The translations under genes and the position numbers were made by a program. This document shows, piece by piece, positions 17,290 through 24,455 of a stretch of DNA of 29,332 nt. Numbering within the stretch: the stretch's first letter is position 1; each line of letters begins with the position of its first letter. This stretch comes from an uncultured Candidatus Micrarchaeota archaeon (GTDB taxonomy: Archaea > Micrarchaeota > Micrarchaeia > Burarchaeales > Fermentimicrarchaeaceae): contig CAIXRF010000077.1 of NCBI GenBank assembly GCA_903921825.1, positions 1 to 29,332 of the forward strand, given 5' to 3'. Under the pieces are notes generated by a model. It was given only the letters and a program-made list of their open reading frames with translations, searched no databases and was not told the origin of the DNA.

Positions 17290-18773
17290 TGCGCATGGCC
17301 GAACAGAGCGACAATCTCCGTTGGCTGATACTCCTTACTGTCATAATCGGCACATTCATGGGCAGGCTCGACCAGACAATCGTGAACCTCGCCCTGCCAA
17401 AGATAATAAGCGAGTTCTCAATCTCCATCCCGGAGGCGAGCTGGATAGCCACCGCCTACATACTCGCAAACGCGATATTCGTGCCCGTGTGGGGAAAGCT
17501 CGGTGACACGCAGGGAAGGAAGAAGATATACATCCTCGGCTTCGCGATATTCATCTCCGGCTCGGTCCTTGCAGGCCTTGCCTGGAACCTCAGCTCGCTG
17601 CTGGCGTTCCGCGTCATCCAGGCAATCGCCAGCTCCGCCGACTACCCGACCGCAATGGCGATACTCGCGGTCACTTTCAGGCAGGGAAGGGAGCGCGCCG
17701 AGGCGCTCGGCCTGTGGTCCGCCTCCTTCGCCGCGGCCGCGGTGTTCGGCCCGCTCGTCGGAGGCCCGCTGATAGACACGTTCGGCTGGAGGTCGGTGTT
17801 CCTCGTGAACCTGCCCGTCGGGATAATCGGCCTCGCCATGGCGCTCCTCTTCGTGAAGGAATCAACCGGCAGGCCTACCGCGAAGTTCGACCTGTGGGGC
17901 GCAATCACGCTCGGCATCTGCCTTTCCTCTTTCGTCCTGGTCCTGGACCAGGGGCTGGACTGGGGCTGGATGTCAACGAACAGCCTGCTCTGCTACGCAA
18001 CGACGATACTCTTCGGTTACATCTTCTACCAGATAGACACGAACCACCCCGAGCCGATAGTCGACTTCAAGTTCTTCAAGATAAACGCGTTCGTGAATGC
18101 GCTCGTCAACAACGTAGTGGTCTTCATGGGCATGATGGGCGGCCTCTTCATCCTGCCCGTCTTCGTCCAGACCTACCTCGGCTACAACGCGACGCAGACG
18201 GGCTACCTTTTCATGCCCATGGCGTTCAGCATGCTCATCGCGGCGCCGATAGGCTCGAGCCTCGTTGGCAGGGTCCAGCCGAAATACGTTATCGCGTTCA
18301 GCACGCTCATGGCTGCGGCAGGGCTCTACCTGTTCACCGGCCTCGACCCGCGCTCCGGAGTCCTCGACATCATAATCCCCATCATGGTGATGGCTTTCGG
18401 GATGGGCCTCGGCATGCCGCAGCGCACGAACATCATCGCCTCCGCGGTGCCCGAATCGGAAATAGGCATCGCGTCCTCTGTTCTCGCACTGGCAAGGAAC
18501 ATAGCGGGCGCGTTCGGAATCGCGCTCTTCGCAACCATCCTGAAGGAGAGCACTGAGGGCTACGCGCTCGCGCTCTCCCAGAACACGGTCATCAACACGC
18601 TGGACCCGGTGCTGAGGGCGGAAGCGATAGCGCTGATGACCCTGAAGGCGCAGATTCTCGCCTACCACGAGGTCTTCATCGTCTCGTCGGCGATACTCCT
18701 GGTCGCGTCGGCCCTCGCCCTCACCATCCATGTGAGGGAAACGAAGACGGGCAAGGAAGTCTTCGTGGACTAG
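17286..18773 (+). CDS. MFS transporter, DHA2 (EmrB/QacA-like, 14-TMS) drug:H+ antiporter family.
   Basis: ...LILLTVIIGTFMGRLDQTIVNLALPKIISEF...YILANAIFVPVWGKLGDTQGRKKIYILG...AFRVIQAIASSADYPTAMAIL... matches the DHA2 pattern. The length (495 aa) fits 14 TMS. Its ATG overlaps the HlyD stop in an ATGA arrangement. Confidence 0.88.
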   Translation: MMRMAEQSDNLRWLILLTVIIGTFMGRLDQTIVNLALPKIISEFSISIPEASWIATAYILANAIFVPVWGKLGDTQGRKKIYILGFAIFISGSVLAGLAWNLSSLLAFRVIQAIASSADYPTAMAILAVTFRQGRERAEALGLWSASFAAAAVFGPLVGGPLIDTFGWRSVFLVNLPVGIIGLAMALLFVKESTGRPTAKFDLWGAITLGICLSSFVLVLDQGLDWGWMSTNSLLCYATTILFGYIFYQIDTNHPEPIVDFKFFKINAFVNALVNNVVVFMGMMGGLFILPVFVQTYLGYNATQTGYLFMPMAFSMLIAAPIGSSLVGRVQPKYVIAFSTLMAAAGLYLFTGLDPRSGVLDIIIPIMVMAFGMGLGMPQRTNIIASAVPESEIGIASSVLALARNIAGAFGIALFATILKESTEGYALALSQNTVINTLDPVLRAEAIALMTLKAQILAYHEVFIVSSAILLVASALALTIHVRETKTGKEVFVD

Positions 18774-18890
18774 AGATGAAAGTGCAATAGGTTAACGTTA
18801 GCTAAGAGTGCAAAAATACCGTCTTCCATTTGCCAGAGGCGCATTGGTTGACTAATCAATTTATGTATTTAGATCCGCAAATTATTAGCC

Positions 18891-19823
18891 ATGCAAAAAC
18901 GACTCGCGCCCCCAGCGACGGACGAAGACGCAAGGGCGCAGGCAGCCATATCCCGGAGAGCCATAAAGCTTGAGGAGAGCCGCCTGAACATAACCGCGCT
19001 CCCGGAGAGATATAAAAAATCAATGAAGTGGCTCTCCGACATGGCTAAGTTTAACGCCGATAGAGCGAAGGTCCAGAAGCTGAAAACAATCACGGTGCAC
19101 GTAATAGGAGTTGGCGGGGAAGAAGGCCCCCAGGTCAGTGAATTGATTCAAGCGCTGAAGCCGTTTGCCAGCGAGCTCGTAGTGCATGTTTCCGACATAC
19201 GGAAAGACTTGGCCGAGGCCGCTTCAAGGAAGGCCGGGGAGGAGTTTCCAGACGTGCGCATCATATCACACAATTTGGACGTAACCGCGCCAACGCCTGC
19301 CTCGGAAATTAACGAAAAGGCGGATTTCGTCATATGCACGAACGTCATTCAGCACGTGAATCCCGCGGAGCACAGATGGCTCGGGTTCTTCCACGTCTCT
19401 TCCCTTGTCAAGGTCGGGGGATACGTGCTCATCGGCGGGAAGGACGCGGAATTGCCGCCGTGGGGGAAATTCCACAAAAGCGAAATAATTTTTGCGATGC
19501 TATCCACGAGCAGGCATCAGGAATACGAGTCTTCGCTGCCCGATTTCGGCCTGGAGCCGAAGGCCATTATTGAAGAACAATACCCTCTGTTCGAACAAAA
19601 ATTCATCGAGGGAGAAAAGCGCTCGGCACAGAGGCCTGATGGTTATGGAAGCCCTTACGCTAGCGCCGGTTACGAGGGCATTCTCCTAGAAAAGACAGGG
19701 GAGCCAACGATGGCGTTCAAAGACTTGTGGAAAAGAATCGTGGAGATGGGAAAGGCTGCAGCCGAAAGGGAGGAAGCGGACGATAAGCCCGCGCCCAATA
19801 GTCCGGGCAAAGGGCTTGGATAA
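18891..19823 (+). CDS. Hypothetical protein with a possible Rossmann-like, SAM-methyltransferase-like core. Low confidence.
   Basis: The tracked ORF is 310 aa. Weak MTase-like motifs: VHVIGVGGEEG ... ADFVICTNVIQHV ... VGGYVLIGG. GC and codon usage are lower than in neighbouring genes. It is preceded by a 117-nt AT-rich spacer. Confidence 0.45.
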   Translation: MQKRLAPPATDEDARAQAAISRRAIKLEESRLNITALPERYKKSMKWLSDMAKFNADRAKVQKLKTITVHVIGVGGEEGPQVSELIQALKPFASELVVHVSDIRKDLAEAASRKAGEEFPDVRIISHNLDVTAPTPASEINEKADFVICTNVIQHVNPAEHRWLGFFHVSSLVKVGGYVLIGGKDAELPPWGKFHKSEIIFAMLSTSRHQEYESSLPDFGLEPKAIIEEQYPLFEQKFIEGEKRSAQRPDGYGSPYASAGYEGILLEKTGEPTMAFKDLWKRIVEMGKAAAEREEADDKPAPNSPGKGLG

Positions 19824-19943
19824 GGGCGACCGCGGAAGCAGCCAGCTCATCCTGAAGCCAAAGCAGTAGGGGTCGTGGCGTAACCTGAGGAAAAATTAGG
19901 ACTTAAACCGGAAAGAACCCGGCGTTTTTGCACTTTTACTAAA

Positions 19944-20099
19944 TGCCATGGGTGGGATTTGAACCCACGACTTCCAGAATACACCGCAGCGAGCGGAACA
20001 ACGCCCACTACTTCACTTTATCATCGCCGCAAAGCGGCTCATCACTCATCAAGCTGAGCTTATGAGTCTGGCACTCTAACCAGGCTGAGTTACCATGGC
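19944..20099 (-). tRNA. tRNA with anticodon CAU (elongator Met, or Ile2 if C34 is agmatidinylated), carrying a ~80-nt intron at the canonical 37/38 position. No CCA is encoded.
   Basis: On the minus strand the acceptor is GCCATGG/CCATGGC and the D arm is ACTC-AGCCTGGTTA-GAGT. The anticodon arm is CCAGA-CTCATA[intron]A-TCTGG and the T arm is GTGGG-TTCAAAT-CCCAC, with discriminator A. Mature length is ~75 nt. G1:C72 and a non-GGG anticodon stem argue against an initiator. Confidence 0.8.
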
Positions 20100-20123
20100 G
20101 CAAAGGTTAGTTGGGTGGTTGAA

Positions 20124-20135
20124 ACTTTAAATAGG
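20124..20135 (-). promoter_or_regulatory. TATA box (tatttaaag on the minus strand) for the tRNA gene.
   Basis: It is centred ~30 nt upstream of the tRNA 5' end at 20099. It is the only AT-rich word in this GC-rich region. Confidence 0.5.
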
Positions 20136-20136
20136 T

Positions 20137-20400
20137 GAGCGGCGGGCCATAGTCCACCTTGAGTTTTCGCAGCATTCGACTAAGCGGCCGAAAGGCCTTG
20201 CGCCACTATCCCCCGAAGGGGGCTGCCTCCAGCCGGGCGCGTTTCATCCGCCGCAGCCCAAGTCCGCTTGCGCGTCATGCTTAAAGGGCTGCGGAGGTTC
20301 GTTTCTGTTCCCGGCCCGGGCCTTAAACCCGTGCAGGCAGTTCATGGCGGGCGGAACTTCCTCACGGGGCGAACCCCGCGTCAGCTGCGGCCCACCGCTC
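20137..20400 (-). ncRNA. Candidate structured ncRNA of ~260 nt. Class unassigned: SRP RNA, an RNase P-like RNA, or something else. Strand uncertain, minus favoured.
   Basis: This 264-nt GC-rich stretch is crossed only by two long opposite-strand ORFs (20344..21129, 20362..21048) that I regard as GC-driven artefacts. A 12-nt terminal helix pairs 20137-20148 (gagcggcgggcc) with 20389-20400 (ggcccaccgctc) at 11 of 12 positions. Internal GC hairpins have tetraloops (ggccGAAAggcc, cccccGAAGggggg, cggggCGAAccccg). The palindromic TATA words TTTAAATA at 20125-20133 and 20422-20431 flank it. The right-hand one is ~25 nt from the 20400 end. Confidence 0.3.
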
Positions 20401-20421
20401 GGGATACATCACCCAGCAGGA

Positions 20422-20431
20422 ATATTTAAAT
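20422..20431. promoter_or_regulatory. Palindromic TATA box (atatttaaat) that could fire in both directions: leftward into the candidate ncRNA and rightward into the leaderless 20453 gene.
   Basis: It is 22-31 nt upstream of ATG 20453 and ~25 nt from the 20400 end of the terminal helix. Confidence 0.4.
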
Positions 20432-20452
20432 CCAGCAGCGCAAATCAGGGGT

Positions 20453-20734
20453 ATGGCATTCGACACCTTGACTTCGGCGCTGTTCATCGGCGTATTCGTA
20501 ATCGCAGCAATAATCCTGCTGCTAGTGGCATGGAAGCTGTTCAAGGGGCTGCTCAAGCTCGCGATGGCGATGGTCCTGAATTCCATAGTGGGCCTCATCG
20601 CGCTGGGCATCCTCTTCCTGCTGGGAGTGAAGGTGCCGCTCACCGCGGGCGTAATCCTCTCCATCGCGCTCTTCGGCCTCGGGGGCCTCGGCACAATTCT
20701 CATCCTCATGTTCACCGGGATAAAGGTGGGCTGA
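20453..20734 (+). CDS. Small hydrophobic membrane protein (3 predicted TM helices).
   Basis: 93 aa, almost entirely hydrophobic helices: FIGVFVIAAIILLLVAWKLF ... LNSIVGLIALGILFLLGV ... GVILSIALFGLGGLGTILILMF. It abuts the next ORF with a 0-nt gap. Confidence 0.5.
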   Translation: MAFDTLTSALFIGVFVIAAIILLLVAWKLFKGLLKLAMAMVLNSIVGLIALGILFLLGVKVPLTAGVILSIALFGLGGLGTILILMFTGIKVG

Positions 20735-21088
20735 ATGATACGCAGGAGCGGCACTGGGCCGGCAAAAGTCGTGCTAGGCATCCTCTTTGCAGTGGTCGGG
20801 GTGTTCCTCTCGCTCTTCGGGGGCATTTTCGCATACCTTCGCCTCCTCGGCGGCCCCGCGGACTTCACCGTCCTGGGCTTCGGCATCATAGCGATGTTCG
20901 TCGGCTTCTGGATGATTTTCGACGCATTCTTTACCAACGTGGAGGTTCGCGTCGGCAACCTCGAAGAGCTGGCGCTCGCTTTCGGGAAAAGGGTGGAGAA
21001 GTGCGCGAAGTGCGGTGCGCTCAGCCCCAACGGGGCGAAGTTCTGCATGGCGTGCGGGAAGGAATTCCCGCGGCACCCGAAGCCCTAG
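20735..21088 (+). CDS. Membrane protein with a C-terminal zinc ribbon.
   Basis: Two TM helices, then CAKCGALSPNGAKFCMACG (CxxC-x10-CxxC). Confidence 0.55.
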   Translation: MIRRSGTGPAKVVLGILFAVVGVFLSLFGGIFAYLRLLGGPADFTVLGFGIIAMFVGFWMIFDAFFTNVEVRVGNLEELALAFGKRVEKCAKCGALSPNGAKFCMACGKEFPRHPKP

Positions 21089-21094
21089 CGCCCC

Positions 21095-21832
21095 TCAGAG
21101 CCTTAGCTTTCCCCGCTGGAAGTCATTGATTACTAGCCGGGCCATGGTATCGAGGTCCGGCTCGCCGCCTTTCAGCAGCCTTCCCCTCCGCTTGGCAATC
21201 TTTATTAGAAGCTTCTCGGCATCGTCAGTTTTCCTCAGCGGCACATCATAGTGGGCCGCAGCCGCCTCCATACTCCTCCCGATTATCTCGAGCGCGATGG
21301 GCTCCGGCGAAGGGATGCTCTGCGCTGCGACCGCGGACTTGAGCACGAGGCTCACGCCCCTCTCGCTCTGCGGGACGACTCCCGGCGTGTCATAAAGGAG
21401 GATGTCGCCGAGCGTGACCCACTGCACGTTCTTCGTCTGGCCCGGCACCGGGGAAACCTTCGCTGCCCTCCTTCCCGCGAGCCTGTTCATCAGCGACGAC
21501 TTCCCAACATTCGGGTAGCCGACGACGCCCACCTTTGCGGGCCTGCGCGCAGTCGCCTTCCTTATCTCCTCAAGCAGCCACGGGATGCCCTCGCCCGTCT
21601 TGCCAGAGACTGCGACCCACCTATAGCCATGAAGCGTGCGCGGCAGCGCTCCGAGCTCCTTCTCCCCGACCAGGTCGCTCTTGGTCACCACGACAATCAT
21701 CTTGCTCAGGTACTTCTTGAGCGACCAGTTCAGCGTCCCCCATGCGTCGCGCGCGTCTACGACCTGCAGCACCACGTCGCACTCGCGCAGCACGCGCTTG
21801 AATACAATCCACCTCTTCAGCCATTCTTCCAT
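21095..21832 (-). CDS. Circularly permuted GTPase (YlqF/RbgA/Nug1-like ribosome-biogenesis GTPase family).
   Basis: G-motif order is G4-G1-G3: VVTKSDL ... VGVVGYPNVGKSSLMN ... LYDTPG. The N-terminus DVVLQVVDARDAWGT is typical of the family. Confidence 0.82.
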   Translation of the reverse strand: MEEWLKRWIVFKRVLRECDVVLQVVDARDAWGTLNWSLKKYLSKMIVVVTKSDLVGEKELGALPRTLHGYRWVAVSGKTGEGIPWLLEEIRKATARRPAKVGVVGYPNVGKSSLMNRLAGRRAAKVSPVPGQTKNVQWVTLGDILLYDTPGVVPQSERGVSLVLKSAVAAQSIPSPEPIALEIIGRSMEAAAAHYDVPLRKTDDAEKLLIKIAKRRGRLLKGGEPDLDTMARLVINDFQRGKLRL

Positions 21833-21841
21833 AGGAACATC

Positions 21842-23392
21842 TCACACGAAATCCGTCACCCTTGCCTGCCCCGCCTTGGGCGGGGCTTTCGGCGCCTTCA
21901 CAGCCTCCCTAACCCTCTTCGACTCCATATCCCTTTGCATTCCGCCGACTATCTTTTTCATCCTTGCCTCCTTGTTCCGTGCGGACCAGTAGTACGCCTC
22001 GTCACGAGTGTCCTTCGTAATCAGTATCACGACGTCGCCGGCCTTCGCCCGTCCCGCCCTTCCGCGTCGCTGTATGCTCCTTATCTCGCTCGGTATGGGC
22101 TCGTAGAACACCACCGCGTCCACGCTGGGTATGTCCAGCCCCTCCTCTCCTATCGAGGACGCGACCATCACATCGAACTTCCCTTCCCTGAACAGTTTTA
22201 TGGTCCCCTTCTGCTCCGCAAGCGTGACCCCATCCTTCTTCCCTACGAACTGCTTCGCGCTGAACCCCTTCGCCCTAAGCTCCTCCACGACGCGCTTCAC
22301 CTGGGCGCGGAACTGCACGAACACAATCACTTTCTTTCCCCTCATGCCCTCCAGCACCTCGACGAGCTTCGCGAGCTTCGGGTGCTCGCCCTCATAGGAC
22401 CTGGCCAGCTTGAGCACCGTCTGCACGCGCTCGTCATTCAGTATGCGGAGCACGGCCTTGCTCTTTGTCTCCTTCTCCTCCAGCTTCTGCATGAAGCTGA
22501 GGAACGCCGATATTCCCTGCGTCTCGAGCAGCTCGTGCGCATGCGTCAGGTTCATCACGGTCGCGTAATGCGAGAGCGCAACGAACTTCGGCATGCCATC
22601 GGGCCGCTTCTGCAGCCCCTGCCCTATTTCCAGTAGCACTTTCTTCGGCACGCGCGGATTGGTCGTCCGGATGAGGCCCATCTTCATCATCGAGCCGAGC
22701 CTGTCGCTTATCGCCTTCTCGAGGAGCTCGCTCATCTTCTTCATCCCGGGCGTAAGCTCGACCGCAATCCACTTCATCTCCAGCTTCTTCACGTATGGCG
22801 CGACGTCCTCGTCAGTCTCCGTCCTTATCTCTATGTGCTGCACCCCGAGCGCCTTCACCACCTCGTCTATGCGCTCCTTCTTCCCTCCGGGCGAGGCGGT
22901 GAGCCCAAGCAGCTGCACCCCCTTCCCAATGCATTCCTCCGCAATCATGGTGTAAGCGTATTTCTTGACCGCGCGGTGGACCTCATCCACGACGCACAGC
23001 CCGAACCCGTCGAGTGAGAATCGTCCCCCCTTCAAGTCATTCTCGATGGTCTGCGGAGTCGCGCAGATGATGAACGCATCCTTCCACAGCGAGCTGCGCT
23101 TCTCCGCTGGCGTAGTCCCGGTGAGAAGCACCACCCTTTCCTGCGGAATCTTCAGCAGCGTAGAAAGCGTCTTGTGGTGCTGTTCGGCAAGCGGGCGCGT
23201 CGGCGCCACGAAGAGCACGTGCTTCCCGCTGAGCAGCTTCTGCTGTATGACGAGAAGGGCGACGATAGTCTTCCCCATGCCCGTTGGCAATATCACCAGC
23301 GAGTTCCCGTTGCGGAGCACGCTCTCCGCTATCCTTGCCTGGTATTCGCGGAACTGCACCTTCTGCGAGTCTATAAGCTGGTTCTCCTGCAC
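21842..23392 (-). CDS. Hef/FANCM-like superfamily-2 DEAH helicase (helicase core only; no ERCC4 nuclease domain visible).
   Basis: Motif I LPTGMGKT, motif II DEVH, motif VI QRRGRAGR. The N-terminus REYQARIAESVLRNGNSLVILPTGMGKTIVA is Hef/MPH1-like. GTG start. A 9-nt gap separates it from the downstream GTPase gene. Confidence 0.8.
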   Translation of the reverse strand: MQENQLIDSQKVQFREYQARIAESVLRNGNSLVILPTGMGKTIVALLVIQQKLLSGKHVLFVAPTRPLAEQHHKTLSTLLKIPQERVVLLTGTTPAEKRSSLWKDAFIICATPQTIENDLKGGRFSLDGFGLCVVDEVHRAVKKYAYTMIAEECIGKGVQLLGLTASPGGKKERIDEVVKALGVQHIEIRTETDEDVAPYVKKLEMKWIAVELTPGMKKMSELLEKAISDRLGSMMKMGLIRTTNPRVPKKVLLEIGQGLQKRPDGMPKFVALSHYATVMNLTHAHELLETQGISAFLSFMQKLEEKETKSKAVLRILNDERVQTVLKLARSYEGEHPKLAKLVEVLEGMRGKKVIVFVQFRAQVKRVVEELRAKGFSAKQFVGKKDGVTLAEQKGTIKLFREGKFDVMVASSIGEEGLDIPSVDAVVFYEPIPSEIRSIQRRGRAGRAKAGDVVILITKDTRDEAYYWSARNKEARMKKIVGGMQRDMESKRVREAVKAPKAPPKAGQARVTDFV

Positions 23393-23510
23393 GGGCCAAT
23401 TTCTCAGCCGCTCTTCTTATTCCTTCCCAGCACGGCGTAAAAGGCGTTCGTTAGGCAAGCGCCGAACAAAAAGTGAAGGCTATTAAAGCGCTACCGAGCG
23501 AGTATTCCTC

Positions 23511-24455
23511 ATGAGGATAATCGCCTTCCTCGGCTTCGCGCTGCTGCTTGCCGCTCTTGCGGGAGCATGCGTCTCAATCCCAGTGGTTGAGGTAGGGGAT
23601 GCAAGCCTCAGCGTTGATGTCTGGGCGCTGGGGAACGCAACCACCGAGCAGTTCGACTCATTCATGGCAAGCCAGTATGCCGATGCCTGGACAGGCCTGA
23701 ACCTCACCTACATGGAGAAGGCCGCAATCTGGGATTTCGTTAAGAACGGCTATTCTGCCAGAAAAATGTCGCCTGCCGAATACTCCGAATTCCTTGCGAA
23801 TGCGGATGCGGTTAACAATAATCCCCTGAACTGCGGCAATTACCCCGCAGTCGCGTACAGGAGCAACTTCGCCGGCTACGTCTACAGCGATGAAAGCGAG
23901 AAGAACGCGCTTTGCGCAAGCGCGCCACGCCAGGCATGCGCCGGCGGAACCTACCACCCCTTCATGAACGACCTGCCCCAGCCTGTTTTTGGCACCGTCG
24001 GCGCAGGCATCACAAACGGCACGGAAACTTCGGACAACACGGGCACAGTAGGCGCGACAGCAGTGAAAACGCCATCCACCACATCTTCCATTGCGGGCGG
24101 CCAGATGGATTACAAATATGTTGCAGGGGCCGCAGTCGCAATCATTCTCCTCGCCGGCTTCGTCGCTTTCTCAATAACGATGAGGAGGCCTGAGGAGGAA
24201 GGCATTGACGAGGCGCTCGTGCACAGAGCGCTCTCCTCCGAAACGCGCATCGGAATCATGAGCGAGCTCCAGAGGGGCGAGCGCACGCCTACGGACCTGA
24301 GCACGAGGCTGGGGAAGAGCAAGGCGACGGTGGTGGAGCACCTCGACCGGCTCATGGATGCCGGGTTCGTGGAGAAGCGCGAAGAGGAAGGAAAGAAGTT
24401 CGTGTTCTACAGCCTAACTTCGAGGGGAAAGGCAGTCCTGAGGAAGGCAGGCTAA
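23511..24455 (+). CDS. Membrane-anchored transcription regulator: signal peptide or N-terminal anchor, an ~190-aa extracytoplasmic domain, one TM helix, and a cytoplasmic ArsR/TrmB-like winged HTH.
   Basis: N-terminus MRIIAFLGFALLLAALAGA. TM helix YVAGAAVAIILLAGFVAFSI. C-terminus ...ALSSETRIGIMSELQRGERTPTDLSTRLGKSKATVVEHLDRLMDAGFVEKREEEGKKFVFYSLTSRG, a typical wHTH. TATA-like ctattaaa at ~23472-23479. Confidence 0.68.
   Translation: MRIIAFLGFALLLAALAGACVSIPVVEVGDASLSVDVWALGNATTEQFDSFMASQYADAWTGLNLTYMEKAAIWDFVKNGYSARKMSPAEYSEFLANADAVNNNPLNCGNYPAVAYRSNFAGYVYSDESEKNALCASAPRQACAGGTYHPFMNDLPQPVFGTVGAGITNGTETSDNTGTVGATAVKTPSTTSSIAGGQMDYKYVAGAAVAIILLAGFVAFSITMRRPEEEGIDEALVHRALSSETRIGIMSELQRGERTPTDLSTRLGKSKATVVEHLDRLMDAGFVEKREEEGKKFVFYSLTSRGKAVLRKAG

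Noticed and set aside
17714-18731. ORFs 17714..18556 (+) and 17973..18731 (-) inside the MFS transporter gene.
   Set aside because: These are off-frame or antisense Arg-rich readings of a gene with a clear 14-TMS MFS signature.
19980-20060. Calling the tRNA intron a bona fide box C/D sRNA.
   Set aside because: A box-C-like GUGAUGA and a second GAUGA are present, but no convincing box D (CUGA) or D' was found. This is left as a low-confidence note inside the tRNA finding.
20137-20400. A specific SRP-RNA or RNase P RNA assignment for the candidate ncRNA.
   Set aside because: I could not find the helix-8 (GGAAGG...AGCA) or P4/CR-I/CR-V consensus by eye. A GAGGAAGUUCCG word that resembles CR-I is actually a self-complementary palindrome. 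Only the generic ncRNA call is kept.
20344-21129. Long ORFs 20344..21129 (+) and 20362..21048 (-) spanning the candidate ncRNA and the two small membrane-protein genes.
   Set aside because: These GC-rich, Arg/Pro-rich open frames have no motifs. They cross a region better explained by a structured RNA plus two hydrophobic-protein genes that have their own TATA and ATG.
21251-22636. ORF 21251..22636 (+) of 461 aa, antisense to the GTPase and helicase genes.
   Set aside because: The opposite strand carries unmistakable G-motifs and helicase motifs. This frame is Arg/Leu/Pro-rich with no domain signature.
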